DNA of 59,632 bases, counting the filler. It is 8 parts of 8 records of this genome, joined end to end, with 100 filler letters (N's around TTAATTAATTAA, not from the genome) between each part and the next. Parts side by side here need not be neighbours in the genome. Positions count along the whole stretch, not along the records: positions 53,049 to 59,632 come from SRR31156797_38271; 7 more parts are not named here. One strand, written 5' to 3'. The notes beneath the pieces were generated by a model, which was not told the origin of the DNA, did no database searches, and saw only the letters and a program-made list of their open reading frames with translations. This document shows, piece by piece, positions 58,215 to 59,632 of this stretch (within the stretch, counting starts at the first letter, position 1; the number at the start of each line of letters is the position of its first letter). The position numbers and the translations under genes are program-made.

Positions 58215-59632
58215 TAATTATCCTCCTGAGTTCTAAGAAGAACCTCTTCCGGAGATGTAATTCCTCTAGTTGCTTTCAAAGCACCATCTTCTCTTAGGTT
58301 TAGCATTCCATTTGCAGCTGCGATCTTTCTAATGTCACTGGCATCCTTTCTGGTAACAACGGCTTTTCTCAGGTCATCATCCATCATAACCAACTCAAAG
58401 ATACCTGTTCTGCCTGCATATCCTGAGTGTGCACATTCTTCACAACCGACAGCTTTATAAAAAGGATGATTATTATATTCTTCCGGGTTAAGACCCAGCT
58501 CCTCAAGAACAGTTTTGTCCGGATAATAGACTTCCTTACATTTTGTACAGAGCTTTCTAACAAGTCTCTGAGCAAGAATACCTACAACAGTGGAAGAAAT
58601 AAGAAATGGCTCGATTCCCATATCTATCAATCTGGTAAACGCTGTAGGAGCATCATTTGTGTGAAGAGTCGAGAAAACAAGGTGACCGGTAAGAGAAGCA
58701 TTAATAGCAATGTCAGCTGTTTCCTTATCACGAACCTCACCAACCATAATTATGTCCGGATCCTGTCTAAGAATTGATCTAAGTCCACTGGCAAAAGTAA
58801 GACCGATCTTTGAATTAATATGAATCTGATTGACACCTTTAAGCTGATACTCAACGGGATCTTCTTCTGTAATTATTTTTACATCAGGAGAGTTAATTTC
58901 GGTCAATGCAGAATAGAGAGTTGTAGTTTTACCACTTCCTGTAGGGCCTGTAACAAGAAAGATCCCATGCTTCATTCGTATGATCTTTCTCATTTTCTCA
59001 AGATCAACTTTTGTAAAACCGCTATCATCAAGCGAAAGTCTCTGTGATCTTTTATCTAGAATACGCAGAACAATTGACTCACCATGAACACTTGGAAGTG
59101 TTGAAACACGAAAGTCGATGTCATTTCCTGCTATCTTAACCTTAATATTACCATCCTGCGGCAGTCTTTTTTCCGAAATATTAAGTCTGCTCATGATCTT
59201 GATCCTTGTTATAAGACCTGCCTGAGCAGCTTTTGGAACTTTCTGCATAGGATAGAGTTTTCCATCTTTTCTAAATCTTACGATCACTTCGTCTTCAAAA
59301 GACTCAAAATGAATATCACTTGCCTTTTCCTTTACAGCTTTAGCAATTGTGTTATTCACAAAACGAATGATCGGTGCCTCATCATTAGAATCAATAAGAT
59401 CAGGTATCGCCATATCCATATCACCGGCCATATCTGCGAATTCTTCCGCATTAAGAGACTCTTCATCACTGTCGATCTTACTGTAAGCATGATTTATCAG
59501 TTCAGTCATTTTTGATGGTGCACAAAGATATGGAACAACATTCTTTTTATAGATCATAAAAAGCTGATTCATTAAAAGAGGGTCAGCTTTTGTGATAACA
59601 ACATGAAGGTCGTCTTCCAGACAAAGTGGTAG
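58214..59632 (-). CDS. gspE: T2SS ATPase GspE (5' truncated by window edge)
   Basis: [42 protein letters not shown], CxxC..CxxC Zn motif; frame open to the window end. Confidence 0.93.
   Translation of the reverse strand, partial: LPLCLEDDLHVVITKADPLLMNQLFMIYKKNVVPYLCAPSKMTELINHAYSKIDSDEESLNAEEFADMAGDMDMAIPDLIDSNDEAPIIRFVNNTIAKAVKEKASDIHFESFEDEVIVRFRKDGKLYPMQKVPKAAQAGLITRIKIMSRLNISEKRLPQDGNIKVKIAGNDIDFRVSTLPSVHGESIVLRILDKRSQRLSLDDSGFTKVDLEKMRKIIRMKHGIFLVTGPTGSGKTTTLYSALTEINSPDVKIITEEDPVEYQLKGVNQIHINSKIGLTFASGLRSILRQDPDIIMVGEVRDKETADIAINASLTGHLVFSTLHTNDAPTAFTRLIDMGIEPFLISSTVVGILAQRLVRKLCTKCKEVYYPDKTVLEELGLNPEEYNNHPFYKAVGCEECAHSGYAGRTGIFELVMMDDDLRKAVVTRKDASDIRKIAAANGMLNLREDGALKATRGITSPEEVLLRTQEDN

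Overview
This window is not one genome. It is eight unrelated contigs, probably from a marine or sediment metagenome, joined by seven artificial 100-nt spacers (N-runs containing TTAATTAATTAA). Taxon labels are inferred from gene content and protein motifs. (1) 1-6222, Campylobacterota (Arcobacteraceae-like): petBC, a small cytochrome c, and the distal nap operon. (2) 6323-11327, Desulfobacterota-like: nqrF 3' end, acuB/acuC-like genes divergent from acs. (3) 11428-17251, Bacteroidota: two T9SS-secreted peptidases. (4) 17352-31373, Desulfobacterota-like: an ECF sigma/anti-sigma/Spy-like module, an AbfD-like dehydratase with LysR, a chimeric secreted protein, and an accessory island (primase-helicase-PLD fusion, AAA-DUF4143 ATPase/nuclease, RelE-type toxin-antitoxin). 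(5) 31474-36743: a signal-peptide-bearing SpvB/FG-GAP/RHS protein with a Cys-rich partner. (6) 36844-47270, Vibrio-like: a yph/ara-like sugar cluster whose two ends overlap by 23 nt and rejoin one gene in frame, giving a 10,404-bp circle with no replication or mobility gene. (7) 47371-52948, Bacteroidota: propeller-AraC sensor, ruvC, serS, rpmA. (8) 53049-59632: type II secretion genes gspEFGHIJK(L). The strongest leads are the replicon-less circular sugar cluster, the primase-helicase-nuclease/ATPase candidate defence locus with its recombination scar and periodic operator, and twin divergent ECF promoters, one of which points at unannotated small proteins.
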